A stretch of 64,000 nt of DNA, from contig JALDTO010000251.1 of NCBI GenBank assembly GCA_023515725.1, forward strand, positions 1 to 64,000. Reading direction: 5' to 3'. The position numbers and the translations under genes are program-made. Under the pieces are notes generated by a model. The model made no database searches, was not told where the DNA came from, and worked only from the letters and a program-made list of their open reading frames with translations. This DNA is from Amoeboaphelidium protococcarum X5 (lineage: Eukaryota; Fungi; Aphelidiomycota). This document shows, one piece after another, positions 38,301 to 52,865 of this stretch (positions are counted from its first letter, which is position 1; each line of letters starts with the position of its first letter).

Positions 38301-39362
38301 CTTGTTACTGTTCTTTGTGAACTGATAGTCGTTCAAAGTCTCAGTCAACAGCAGCTACTACTTCATTTACTCATTAGCTCCCTTGGTCAGCTGGTAGAAG
38401 ATGTGATAGTTTCTCTCTTTGGACGTCTGATGAGTGACACGAGACTTCTCCAACAGATAACGCTCAATGTTACCACTAGCAATGTGACCACTACCACTAA
38501 ACTCAATACGCACAAACTTACCGAAACGGGAAGAGTTGTTATTACGAACAGTCTGAGCATTACCAAAAGACTCCAGAATAGGATTAGCCTGCAGAATCTA
38601 TTACTCCAACACTCCAACCTTGCTGTTCACCTTCGCATCGGTACCTGAAGCAATAGAAGTCAGATACTGAATGACCTTCTTGGTGTTCTCCGTCTTACCG
38701 GCACCAGACTCTCCAGTAATCAGAATACTCTAATTCTCACGATTCTACACCATGTCATGATAGGAAGCATCAGAGATGGCATAGATGTGAGGCGGCATCT
38801 CAACACGACGTTTGTTCTTGTACATCTAGACAACCTTATCAGTGTAGATAGGCAACTTGCGATAAGGATTAATGGCCACCAGAAAGAGACCAGAGTAGGT
38901 GTAGATCAGATTGGAGAAGTAACGCTACTTAAGATTGTGCAAGACAGAGGCCTCATTCAGATAAGAAAGCTCAGCCATGTCTTCAATCTTGTCATACTTT
39001 GGCGGATTCATCTTCTCGGTCTGGTTGATGTTCACGACGGCAGTCTTACCTTCACTAAACTCAACAGTCACCTCTTCGCCATTCTCGGCAACGATCGTGG
39101 CAGCAACATAGCCGTCCTACTGATTCTCCACCCAGACCCACTTTTTCTCAGCCCATGCAGCTTGGTCCACAGCATCGACCAGAAACTTTTTACCGCTGGT
39201 TCTCAGATACTACTCAGCCTCGGCATCGACGATCTAATTCTTCGCATTGTTAGTCGGTCTACATAGCATGCGATATCATACACATGATAGATATGAGATG
39301 ATAAAGATGACGAATTATACTTACTATTACTCAACCGCCTGTTTAGTTGCAGACGGAGCCAT
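32304..39362 (-). CDS. Myosin II heavy chain, ~2330 aa (1 intron, 39259-39324)
   Basis: [28 protein letters not shown]-loop [57 protein letters not shown], followed by a long heptad coiled-coil tail. Confidence 0.95.
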
Positions 39363-40212
39363 TGTTAACAACTTTACTGTATCGGTCAATCAAGATATAA
39401 GGATATATATATATTCAATAAGAAGTAAGTGTGATATCAAAAGTGACAATGATAAATCTCTTGTTGTTATATAACACTTTCAAGCTGTTACTGGATGGAA
39501 AGGAAGATGAAAGGCTGAAACAATAACAACATCAACACAAACACAATCGTTCAATGGAGAACCCGTCCAAGAGAGTTGAGATTTGTTTGTCAATTTCACT
39601 CTCAAACAACACACACACGCACGCATTTGCGATCAAACAAACGTCGCGCCTCCATTCCATCCCTGGCTGTCTGGCAGTCAAGCAACACAGAGCTTCTCAC
39701 TTTGACTTTGATATTTACCATCAGCATTTATAACCACTATGTGTATTTAAATTTATGTTTTTACATCCATTGTTATGTCAAATGTAAAGCGTGTATTTTA
39801 AGAGAGGGATAGAGCCAAACCTTTCCATACTACGGTATCGGAGTGCGATCTTGGATCTGAAATTGGGACTGATTAGACGTTTAAATTTACTATTCACATT
39901 CACTAATGGTTTCTGCTAGAAGAATTGGCTTTCTCACCGAATTTAACATCTTGCCAAGTGTATTTCTTTCTCAAAGAAATGCGCAAGAGTGTAAGGCAGA
40001 GTTTCATCTGCTCTCACGATGGTCGCTTGGTGGTGAAACGATTGCCTGATTGGATGTTCTATTTAAGCATATCCAGGATAAATTTAGACCAGAATGATTC
40101 CAGTTAACTCTTTAAGACATGGTGATGCTCATTGCCTTTCTTCTTCTTATTCATTTGCTTATAATCGATTAAAAACATCGTAATACACCAGATTTACGGC
40201 TAGAAAAGTGCA

Positions 40213-40512
40213 ATGGACCCAGCTGAAATCGAGAGAAGAGTGTTGGCAGGTGAGAGACCTCAACTAACTGATGATATAATGATGAGGCGCTAAATCGACC
40301 CCGTGATTGCTGGCCTGTGTGATTTGATGGAGATGTGTTGGGCTCAGGATCCTTTGGCTCGTCCACCTATTGATCAGGTGGTGCGCGAGTTGGAAAGGCT
40401 GGAGGAGATACTGAGGATGTAGCCTGACGCGGATGTGCCTTTCCCTGATCCTCCTCAGAAACAGAATCAGAGCATGGGCCCAACTCAAGGTATGTCTAAT
40501 CCTTAGCTATGA
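40213..40512 (+). pseudogene. Remnant of a tyrosine-kinase-like kinase (subdomains X-XI only)
   Basis: VLAGERPQL...LCDLMEMCWAQDPLARPPIDQVVREL. In-frame TGA upstream at 40123-40125, and no HRD, DFG or VAVK motif found upstream. Confidence 0.6.
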
Positions 40513-40599
40513 TTTGAAATTTAACGCATGTAACGAATAAAATTTGGCCTCATTGTTACTTAATTACTTATTTGTGTATTTTAAAATCAACTAAAGAAT

Positions 40600-42063
40600 T
40601 CAATTCTGCTCTTTATGCTTATCGTGCTTGCTCTTCTTCTGCTTCTTCTTTCCCTCTGATGCATTGCCGCCATCTTCGTCGTGCTTTCTCTTGCCTGCCA
40701 CGTTGACCGCATCAGAGTTGACATTATAAGTTGAGCCTTTGACATCAGTGTTAACCTTGCTAGTCTTAAAATTTGCCTTCTTTGTCATCTTGGATACTTC
40801 ATTGCCTTCCAGTTTGGCAATCTTGTTCTCCAAATCACTCCTCATCTCCAGACCAAAGTCACCGCCATTCACCTCAACCTCCTATATCTTACCGTCATCG
40901 ACAGCCTTATCAGCAGTATTGACATCCTCACGAAGAGCATCGATTCTGGTGCACAGTGCAGCCTTTGCAGCAACCATACGCGCAACCTTACCCTTATTCT
41001 TACCACCAGCGCTTCCGACCATTCCCATACCAAATAGGAGACCATACTTTGGAGTGTCCTTCTTTCCTTTCAAAGCTCTAAACAGGGCCTTCTCAGCACC
41101 CAAAATCTAAATAGTACTAGCTGGAGCCTTTGACAAGTTGACCAGTGAACCAGCCTTAGCAATAAGACGCGCAGTCAGTGGAGCATCACCGATCAGGTTG
41201 GTCAAATTTGGTGCAATCTGCTATGTTCTGCTCTGAATGTAACCCATCAGTTGAGCGCGATATTCGGACAACGCAACGATCTAATCAGCCAAACTCATAA
41301 CAGACGTACGATCTTCATCGCTCATCTCAGTGCCCATACTGATCTCGGACACCTACTTCAGTCGCGCCTCATCTTCTTCAGATATGATCTGGCTCAAGTC
41401 AACCTACGCGTCCAAATCGTTGATATTCTCACGCATGGCCTTTACAGCCAAAACGGTCTTGGCATACTGCACATTATCGGTAACAACGCGTGTCATCTCA
41501 GGGAAATGCCATCCAAACCACTCCTTGAGGCGCATGGAATACGTGTTCAGCTCCTTATCCAAATCATCCAACAAGCTGATAGCTTAGATAATCATAGTAT
41601 CCACCTTATCAGCAGTGAATTTCAGCTTATAACGCGACAGGGAGTGAGCCAAACCCAGACTCATAGCATCAATCTACTGCTTAGTGATACCTTGCATCAG
41701 CTCAGGAAGATGTGATCTAATCAATCTCATTGTCTCTTGGCTCGCCGCATCACATTACACCGTGATGCCAAACTTCTTGGCGATTGACGCGCCCAATTTA
41801 CTGTCACCAACCAAAAGAGAATCCTTATTATCACTCAACTTTTCGCTCACCTCCTTCTTGATAAATTTCTTCAGCGTAGAGTCCAGAGTACCTTCAACGA
41901 TGGCAGAAGCGGCTGCCAGTGCATCGGCGGTGGACTAAAATTTCTTAAAAGCCTTCAATTTGATCTAATCAGCAATTTCCAAAGTGTCCATCTCATCATG
42001 CTTAATAGATTTTGGCCCTTTAAAGAGCGCGTAGCCAGCAGGAGTCTCGTACAAGATTAACAT
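40600..42063 (-). CDS. NOP58: Nucleolar protein 58 (box C/D snoRNP), 487 aa
   Basis: [77 protein letters not shown]-rich C-terminal tail. Confidence 0.95.
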
Positions 42064-42791
42064 GGCTGTGATATCTAAAATTTTTGTATTTAATTAGCAG
42101 AGAGAATGATCTATACAGCCTTGATCTAATTTTGATAAATTTTCAAAAGGTTGAAAGCGCCTTACCGAACGGCCATCAAAAGGGGTTTACAGCATTGAGA
42201 ACCATCATCTCTCGCGTTTCTACTCAATAGAACATAGTGAGTGCTGTGAGTTTCACTGCAAGATGCCGTATATATCCAGTCGCGTTTTTACACTTATATT
42301 TAGAACGCATAATTAATAACGATTATAAAGCTTGTATTTATAGGTGGTGAAATTTAAAGAATTATGTTAGATTGATGAGCTATTCTGAATTCGATATATT
42401 TGCGGAACATCATACCAGTTAAGCGTGCTAATTGTACATGCTCTGATTACCTTCAAGAGACTTATCTTCTAAGAAACATATTTTAATCACGTACTATTTA
42501 GTCTTTTACAAAAAGCTTTTAACTTGTATTAATTTTACTAAAATATAAATGATACCAAATTTAGATGCCAAGTTTCTATTCTTGGCGCCATGTGCCTATT
42601 TTTGGCTTACGAGTAAGACTCACCTCAAATGATCACAAAGCTTCACTCAGCCTTCTTCTTACTCACCGCACATTGAAGAGAATATTCCACCGTCAACTCT
42701 CTTCTTCTCATTTTGATTATTATTATTATTATTTATTGAATATCAGTAATTAATTGAAAACCAAGTATTATACCGCATAAAAGAACAGTGT

Positions 42792-44609
42792 ATGGACAGC
42801 ATTAATAATATTCCTTCGTCTAGTGATAAGGGTCGCGTGTCAATAAAATTCATTGGTCGCCCGCCAGCCTCGTTTAAGAACAATGACACTCAGCCTGGAC
42901 ATGCTTCTAGTAAAGAGGCACACATTCTGAATATGATATCCTTTCCGCTGAATGATAATGTCACATCTGGAAGTGATCTGACGAAGCACTTTGTTGATGA
43001 CGTCGATGCTGGTAATGAGGACCCATTCTCGCTGGAGTCGTTTGAAGGTCTGATCAATGCTCACCACAAGGCTGGTAAGGATTTTCTGATTGCGCGTGTT
43101 ATTACAATGACGCCGTAGACTTATGATACTCTGACCAACGCGGAGAATTATACCATTTCTGCTGATGGATCCAAGACTTTTATCAAGAATTAGCAGGAGC
43201 TGTCCGGTCAAGTGTACAAGTCTTACTACGCTGCGCACCAGATCAATCGCTCCCTATTTCGCACTCAGCCTGAAGAAGGCTTGCTACACAGAATGAAGGC
43301 TAAGAATCCCATGAATAATCTGAACATTGTCGGTGATGTGCACTATTTCGTCGTCAAGTGTCCATAGAATTAGCAGGCGTAGAGTGGAAGTATGACCCGC
43401 GTAAATACCGCTGCAGATCCTTTGAATGCCTCTGGGAATGGTATCGCTAATGCTGAAACAGCTTCAATCACCAGCTCATCCTCAATGCCGAATTTGAATT
43501 CTGAAACGGCGATCGACGGCGATCTGAAACGAAACTCTAGCTCTGCGTCTCTGAACTTGACAATGGACACCGCCACCACCACAGATAAGGTGAGAAGCGA
43601 TTCGCAGAATACTCTGGTAAATGCTGACATTAATGTGCAAGATAACGCGCAGACTCAGGAGTACACTGCTCAGTTTTATGCCACTGATGATGATTTCTTG
43701 ATGCGTCGTCATATCAGAGAGTATTTTAAGTAGAATGCCATGAGTCCGGAGGACGTGTTCTTGTTCACTCTCTTTGGTTCGTAGTAGTAGAATTTGAGTA
43801 CCCAGTCTGGCGGTGGCAATGGACCACTGGTGAGTGATCCAACTAATCCGAATGCAGTTGCGATGACCATGGAAGAGGCGATTCTGATGTACCAGAGAGA
43901 GCAGGAGAATAGAAACAGAAGCTCGGCTGATGTTTTGAGATCAAATCATGCTACTGATGGCTCTAGAAGTGGTCGTGAGAGATCTGTGTCAATGTATGCT
44001 CGTCTCGAGTCTTGGCTCCGTGAGAGGTTTCCAAATGTTGCTTCAATATAGATGGCTCAGACTGCTCCGAATAGTCCATCTGTAGCCAGCCGTGATCATC
44101 TGGTGGCGATTCAGGAAAATCTACCGTCATCTTAATCTGAAACTCCGCGTTCAATTGATTAGGTGCTAGCTTAGTCTGCTGAAGACAGGGACCTGGAGGC
44201 ACAGCGCTTGGCAGATTAATCTTGGATTACGAGAATAATGGGACGACCTGCTACTGCTGAGGTTGCTGCGTAGGAAAGCACTGAAAATCCAAGTAGATTG
44301 AGACGATTTTGGTCTTACATTACTAGTGACAGATTCATGGTTCTAGCTGCTTTGATTTGCATTTGCGGTCTCATTGGCACCATATTCTTTATCCAAGGTG
44401 TTAATCCGGTCTCCATCACTATGTTTTGTGTCTTTATTTTGGTGATTATTTTCTGCATAAGTACTGGGTGTTACAAGCCATATGATCGCTCTCGAAGATC
44501 CTCCGTGAGAAATAGATACCCAACCACTCCTGTTTAGCCGGGCAGGACCAGTAGCGCGAATGTCGATCTCAATATGTTGATGCTCACAAACTAGCCGTCC
44601 GTCAGTTGA
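42792..44609 (+). CDS. Uncharacterised protein (possibly DUF5092-like) with C-terminal transmembrane hairpin, 605 aa
   Basis: Fragments 42792, 43392, 43794 and 44298 are in one frame ending at TGA 44607-44609. Conserved-looking DPFSLESF...FLIARV...YYAAHQINRSLF...LLHRMKAKNPMNN, plus two hydrophobic helices near the C-terminus. The family name is from recall only. Confidence 0.6.
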
Positions 44610-44963
44610 TACCAGATTTATAGAAGTAATTAATTGTATAATTGTGATAATCTAATTTAGAATATAGAAACTAATTTTGAAGTCTCTCTCTTTATTTTTT
44701 ACCATGAACATTATGGTACATCAGTCTTCTCACATTTCCCAATACAAAAGGTGAATAAAAAGAATTACCTAACAAGTTCCTTTTGCTGAGAGGATAGACT
44801 GTGTGAGGACATAGAGTTAAAAGTCGATAAAAGCGTCATACATCCAATAACGACTGAGAGTAGGGTCACGTTGACACAATGAAGTAAGCTAATCAAAAAC
44901 ATTTCAACCAAGAGTATAAACAGAAAGTAGCCATATTCACGTCGAAAATTATTCGTTATATAT

Positions 44964-46574
44964 TCAAAAAACATCGTTGTCATTATCATCAACATCACCA
45001 GGTATTGTAGTCTTATTGTAGGGAAGAGCAGCAGAGTGTGAACGGACGCGATTAGCAGCATCATCACTATCAAGCAGAGCGATAAAAGCCTTAAAACTTA
45101 TCAGCTGACTGCGACGCTTGTTACTTGGGCACTTGAGTTTTACTTGATACCTCACTGGTAGCATCTAAAGCTTTATGACCGGTCGAAACTTCCTATAACT
45201 GTTATTAGACCTGCTAATAACTCGCCAGTGCTTGCAAGTAATGCGCCTATTGCAACTATTGGTCAATACCACTATAGTTATTTTGCAACAACTCTGGGTG
45301 CAGGCGCTGCTCTTCATCAATCAGATTATCAAGACTTATACCCATGTCCGAGTCAAGCTGATCCATTTCAATTGCCTGAGAGCCTAGCGTTTGCGATGCA
45401 AGCATCTCTTCAGTACTACTTCTTGCCGGCAATGGATGGATCTATACAAACCCAGTGGATTAAATGCTATACTCTGGAGAAGACTGAATGCGTGGTCTAG
45501 CTGGTGAATTGGCGGGAGATTCTTCAATCACTTCCATCATCTGATGACGCTTTAAGTTCTAACTGTTCTGAGGCTGTACAGACTGCTATTGCTGTAATTA
45601 TTAACTGTTCAACTTCTACATCAGAGAGTCGAAGCTCATGGGCTGCTGATCCGCCGATGGCTGAGCATCTTGACCATCCAAAGTCAAAGTTTGATCATAC
45701 AACTGCCTGATAATCTCATCTTGAATAGTCTGACGACGCTTGAGATGATGCAATTCTTGATTCAACGCAACCAAAGTCTTTTGGATATGATACATAGTTT
45801 GAGTATGATCGCTCATCATGTTCTGCATCGATACCAGGTACTTTTAAATCTCCGACGTCTCCTTCTTATAAACATCGCTCTCGACGGTGCGACGCTTAAT
45901 GTCGTCCAGCAATTCAATGTGACCGCGCAGAAACTTTGGATGGCAGAATTCCCAAAACTGCTAGTCAACTGAAGATCTCTGTCCTCTATTGCTCTTATTA
46001 GCCTTGTGGAATCCGTACATGTTAAGCTGGCGCTGGAAAGACTGGAAGTTTTTATGCTTGAAATACTTTGGCAATACATCGCGAGCGAAATCAGTTGCAT
46101 TCACGACAACAAATGATGTGCCAGTCGGACTCCATGATATCAGCTAAGTATTCTGGTTATCGCTCACCATAGTGTACAGTTTTTGCACAAACGAAGGCTA
46201 TCCAGAGTGTTTCGAAGATCCAGTGACGATACTGTTTGATGACTGAGAAGTCAAATCCTGCGCACTAACACCAGCTGAAGAGTAGTTGCTACATATGATA
46301 TTTGATGGTTACAATGATAAGTGATAAGTTTATATCAATGAGCATACCTTAAAGGATGCATACTACCATCGGAGAGTGAATCTGTAGATAGCGACGCAAA
46401 TTACTAGCGATAATCAGGCAAGTCATTCACAGATGGAGATGATATGGACTGATTGTTGTTGCTTGAACTACTCTGCGTTGTAGAAGTGTGCCCAACAGTT
46501 GGAATCCTTGAGCTATACTGATGCATGGAGTTGCGCCTAGCCAATATGCTGTCAGCGGATCTCCTCATTGCCAT
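44964..46574 (-). CDS. HSF-family transcription factor (intron 46289-46347; probable intron 45090-45150)
   Basis: [13 protein letters not shown]...[12 protein letters not shown]...[25 protein letters not shown], then a coiled-coil ([12 protein letters not shown]). Start is uncertain (46574, 46568 or 46526). Without the second intron the stop is at 45070-45072. Confidence 0.82.
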
Positions 46575-47362
46575 TACAGAATGTACTTTAGATTCTAAAC
46601 GTCTTTTATGACGGATGGTAATGGTCTTCTATATAGAAGAAAGATAACGAGGCTCTGCTATTTTTAGCCTGCAGCAAGGAGAGCGATGATCACTGTTTGT
46701 TGTGAGGATTTTCGTAGTCTGTGATCTGCGGCATACTTAGCAACTGTGATTGTAAACATCTGCATATCTAAATAGTGTCCGTAGCTGGAAAAAGTGGTAT
46801 AATATCAATAAAAGTATATTTTAAAATTCATAATATATTCATTTCGTGTAACCTGAATATCAGCAATGCAAAGTAAATCATCTCAGTATCATCATTATCA
46901 GTGAGCGATTAATGAAACAAGCCAAGCTATTAATACAGTCGGCCAGAGAACCAAACTGATAAACCCAGACCAAAGTCTCAACCATTTCTGTCTTCTTTCT
47001 TGGCGCGCTTCTGTAGTAGGCATCGGATATCAATTAATATTTACACTTCAAGTAATACTAAAAAAAAATGCGAAATCTTTGCAGATAATTTGTAAAATTG
47101 AGCACTTATTTACTCACCATTTTGATTTCAATGATCACCTTTGACGCGTCGCATCATTGAAAGCATTCGATTTGCGACAAACACTGGGGATCATTCCACG
47201 TGGAATCAAGGAAGGAAATTCCAAAGGGGGCGAATTGAAAATCAGGAATAGCGTGTGACGAACTTCTCTTCACTCTCAAAAAAAAATACACGTTACGATC
47301 AGAGAAATCGTACAATTACCAATAAATAAAAACAATAATAATTGTAAAAACACTTTGCGCAA

Positions 47363-49186
47363 ATGTAGTCTGCAGAACATTTGAATAATTAGCAGTTGGA
47401 AGAGTTGAATTATGAGATTCGCCATGCACCTCAGCACAATACTCTTGGACCAATTTTGATTTTCAGACAGTTGGATCATGCCTCTGCACAGTACAAATTA
47501 TCCGCTCTTATTGTCAGCGATAATCCTGTGGCTCCTCAGTTGACGTTTAGCTAGTAATCTAGTGGAAAAGTATTTAAATTTGATGGTTAGGCACTGCACA
47601 AGTATAATGGATTTTCTACTTTTTGGCGCACCGATATCTGCTTGCCTGTAGCTGCTGATCGTGATGAGAAATTCACTTACATCGTGTCATCCATGCCTGC
47701 ATAGAATTGGGAGGTTTGTGTACCTGCATTGAACCGCCAGGCATTCAATATGTCTTTCTATAGCTGCAATGGCTTCTCGCTGTCTACCCCATAGCAGAAG
47801 TGTGAGGCCGCTGGTGGTCTTGAGCCGTTGTGGTAAGACTTGTTGATTAAACACGCGGCAGATCCTTTTCATGTTCTGATTGGCGGAGGTGATTAACTTT
47901 ATAATGACGCGGTATGGAAACTGCCTGCTCTTAAGGATTGGCTTAATATTCGTGGCTCGGAGCATCGTCATAATGCTGAGTGGAAGCCTGATATGGAGTT
48001 TCAAGTGCAGCAGTATTATTTCAATCACTATATGCAGCATTTCACTCAGCCAGCTATTGCCCAAACGATGGCTCAGATTCCATCGATAAACATCTCAGGT
48101 GATCACGACATATTTGATGGTGTGGGAAGTTATCCAGAAATTCTGGAGAAATCAAATGTCTTTATGAATATGAAGCGTATCGCTGGATCTTTCTACCTGC
48201 TGTTTTAGCACTGTATGACCAGTGATCAAGGTGTACAGGATGGTTACCTGGTGAATGAGGCTAAGACTTCCTTCTCTTCCGTGAAGATGCTTGGTACAAC
48301 CACAGCTTTGGCCGTATTGGATACGCGTGGTGAACGTACATAGAGACGTATTGTATCTGAGGAGTCTTACGCAAAGTTTTATGCTGAGGTGCGCAAGATT
48401 TCGTCTTAGGTGAAGCATTTGCTATTGTTGAGTGAGATTCCTATCGTGTACCCACACTTGAACTCGGTGCACAGTCTCCTTGGTGTATTTGGAAAGTGCA
48501 AGAGAGGTGTTAATAAGTCTTTCAACTTTTTGCAGCGCAAGATGTTGGGCAGTCTGATTGGAGCAGTGTTTGGCCCAAAAGCTGAGCAAGGCTTGGAGAA
48601 TGCTTCTATCAGAATGAAGGACTTCTTGGGTAAGAAGGGACTGCTAAAGTCTGTGGTGAATGAATTTGGCATCGTTGAGTTGAATGACGATCTTGTGGAT
48701 CATTGGGGCTCTGCTAATCACAATCATGAGAGAGTTGAGTTGATTGAGAATCTGCAGGTAATTGCCAAGGAGTAAAAGTTACGCATCACTTTTCTGGGTG
48801 GCGATGTTCACTTGGGATGTATTGGACGTATTTTTGATAAGCATAATCCTTAAAATGATACAGCTACCATGTATCAAATCACGTCATCAGCCATTGGTAA
48901 TCTGCCACCACCAGACTTTGTGGTCAAGATTGCTCACAAGAACTCTGGATGTCACAAGGTGAGCGGAGATATCTACGAAGAGATGGTCAAGACTTTTAAC
49001 GTTGATGTGGATGGACGTGATACGCAGTTCAAGATTCTGGTTCCTCGCCGTAATTACTGTATCATCCGCAAAGAGTCGGATACTGAAGCACTAAAGTTCT
49101 CTTTGCAAGTTGAAGCCAAAAATTACAAGGATCCATCCGTTCCCTATGTGACCACCATCCCTGCCGTTGCACCGACTCAATAATGA
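47363..49186 (+). CDS. PhoD-like metallophosphatase-domain protein, 607 aa
   Basis: FYSCNGFS, PFHVLIGGGD[TAA=Q]LYNDAVW, GDHDIFDGVGSY, DTRGERT, DDLVDHW, FLGGDVHLG, YQITSSAIGN. Confidence 0.85.
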
Positions 49187-50599
49187 CTATATTTGATTGA
49201 CTGATTTAAATATTAATTCTTTCATTCTTTAAACACCAGAGATAACGTTTCCTTTACTACGCATTCTTTTATATTCGGTAAAAATCTCGTTGAATATAAA
49301 CTTGAGATGGCGCTGTCGGTTGAAGTTTTTATGAACTGAACCAGTTTTTCTTAGTGGCTGTGCTTGAAAGTTTTTTGCTCTCTTTGAACTAACTTAGCTG
49401 ATGTAAAATTTCTTATAATTGGCAATATTAATTACGTACGGTAAGCCTATTATATAATAAAGTCTCCACTTTAAAAGATCGTAGGCTGATGGCGCCTCAA
49501 ATTAAAGTAGAATGAAGAATAGTATGTCCATCAATCAAATCTAGTGTTGTTGAGTGTGGATATCGCTCATTAATGGATGTATTCTGAACTTGACTTAATG
49601 CAACCGGAGTTACTAAATCTTTATATCTTTCCATACGCTTCGACCTCGGCCTGTAAGCTGTACTTACATTCCTGCTGGTAGATATATATTAAGCTATCTC
49701 CCATGAGGATAAGAGATGTGGCTTCTGGTACTAGGTACCTGGAGGTTGTGTTGTGCTGAGTAATCTGCCTTCCGTGCAAAAGTCTTTAATGATCGAGGCG
49801 AATTATGCGTCTGCAACCAACATTGGCAGAGAGTGGACAGCTGCTGTTGCGTGATTTACGCGCATATATGGCAGAGCAACAAAGTCACCGCCAGGCTAGA
49901 TCTGGTGGACGAACTTCGCTGGCTTCTTGGTGATTTATAATGAATCCTCTGTCATTTATGTTCAATATAAGCTTGCCCAATCTGTGACTTGACATTGAAT
50001 ATGATCTACGCAATTGTTTCAGCTGTCCTGCTAATCCTAATAGTATCTTGTGTATTTACAACATTTAGGTAAACCGTGCGCGATTGATCCATACATTGTG
50101 CTTATAAAGTGTTGATAAATGGTCGCCTGTCATATCAGTCATAGATGTCATTACATTCAACGAGAAACACTTGCCTTTGCTGGAAATGCTAATGCAGAAG
50201 ATATCAACGCGCTTGAGACAGTTCTAAAGCACAAAGCTATAGAAATCAACTAGACCGGTTGAAACAATACAAACTGCTTAATCATTGCGCTATATCTGAA
50301 GCTTTGGTAGATAAATGAGGAGACGTACACAAAACCAGTAGAGTCTAAGAAGGAAGGGATGGTGCTGATGATGATCTGCAGATGGAAATTGAAAGGCGAT
50401 GGTGACAATTTACACTTCTAGTAACTGTTCGTAATGGTAGAGTTGAGGAAGGCTGAGTGTAAGCAAAAGTTAAAACCAGCTAATGAAAACACTTAATTTT
50501 TTTAACCTTTTTCACCTCACTAACATCTATTTAAATAACCATCATTCGTAATCTATAAAAATTCTTTAACACTCACCAAACGCAAATTTTCCATACGCT

Positions 50600-51814
<1,215 letters not shown>

Positions 51815-52412
51815 ATTCTAATTTATATCACGCATTTACCAAAGCTTTACTCAGATATATATCCTATCAGCAGAAAGTGTAGATAAATAGTGGCAACAAG
51901 AGCTATATCTACGGGCCTATTTTTATATTCATAAATGTTTGTTTCATATCCGACCATTGAATCTTTTTCTATGACAACCATCAGCGTCATTTTTCGCTTA
52001 ACAACGACACCATAAGGCGAACATCGTATTTTGATGGGCTTGAGAAAATTTGGATAAATGATTCAAAATACACATCGAAATTTATAAATTTCATAGTCGA
52101 AGGATATGCACTCATCACGTTTAAAGCGATCAATGATAAAAGAGAAAGAGGTGCGCACTAGCTTCTGCAATGCCTACCCATCGAATCCAGCATGCATCAC
52201 CTTCGAATACCGGTAAGGCTCTTGACAACTTGAAGGTTGCCGGAGACGCGCTAATGTATACTTTCTTTTATAACAACTATGACATGAATGCGCTTGTACT
52301 TTGTGCCAAGTGTTCGCACGTACTACAATTGAATTCCGCTCGCGTCTTTTCTCTCTCGGGTGTTGCGTTCGACCAGTGACGGTTATAACAAGTGAATATC
52401 ACTTCAGGAAAT

Positions 52413-52661
52413 ATGGATCAGCGCTTAGTACTTACTCCAAATTAAGCGCTAGTTGATGAGCAGTATGTAACTGAGTAAGAGCGAGAAATGGAAGAGTACT
52501 AATTATTTGCCTCTGCTAGACTTCTACCAAAGCATGTGGGATGGTATTAGTTCTCTTACGCGGTGATTCTAATGCCGTTCATCAGTGGTGTTTGTCAAGG
52601 ATTTGGTACAGCCACCTTTCTATTCTTATTCAAAAAGTTAAAACTATTATGGCGATAATGA
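52413..52661 (+). CDS. Small Mim1/Tom13-like mitochondrial outer-membrane protein, 82 aa (63 aa if the in-frame intron-like segment 52463-52519 is spliced)
   Basis: Acidic N-terminus, then AVILMPFISGVCQGFGTATFLFLF, resembling the Mim1 TM motif LPFxNGMMLGFG. Not in the ORF track because of TAR codons. Confidence 0.5.
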
Positions 52662-52865
52662 ATAAAAAAAATTGTTAGATTATATAATGATTTAGATTGC
52701 ATTTCTAAATAAGTTTTATTAATCTTCGCTGTGGCTTCACGTGCGCGGTCGTCAATATCAGACGACCATGAAATTGATAAAACTCGAATATCATGGATAC
52801 AATAGAACAACTAAATAAAATGATAGAAATGCATTAAAATCATAGTAATTAAAATTCAAAAGATT

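Noticed and set aside
44765-45073. Hydrophobic 102-aa ORF downstream of HSF
   Set aside because: Non-ATG start, and it overlaps the probable last HSF exon and 3' UTR in another frame. Likely spurious.
52170-52379. 69-aa ORF upstream of the Mim1-like gene
   Set aside because: No motif, and it lies in a probable divergent promoter region. Not supportable as a gene.
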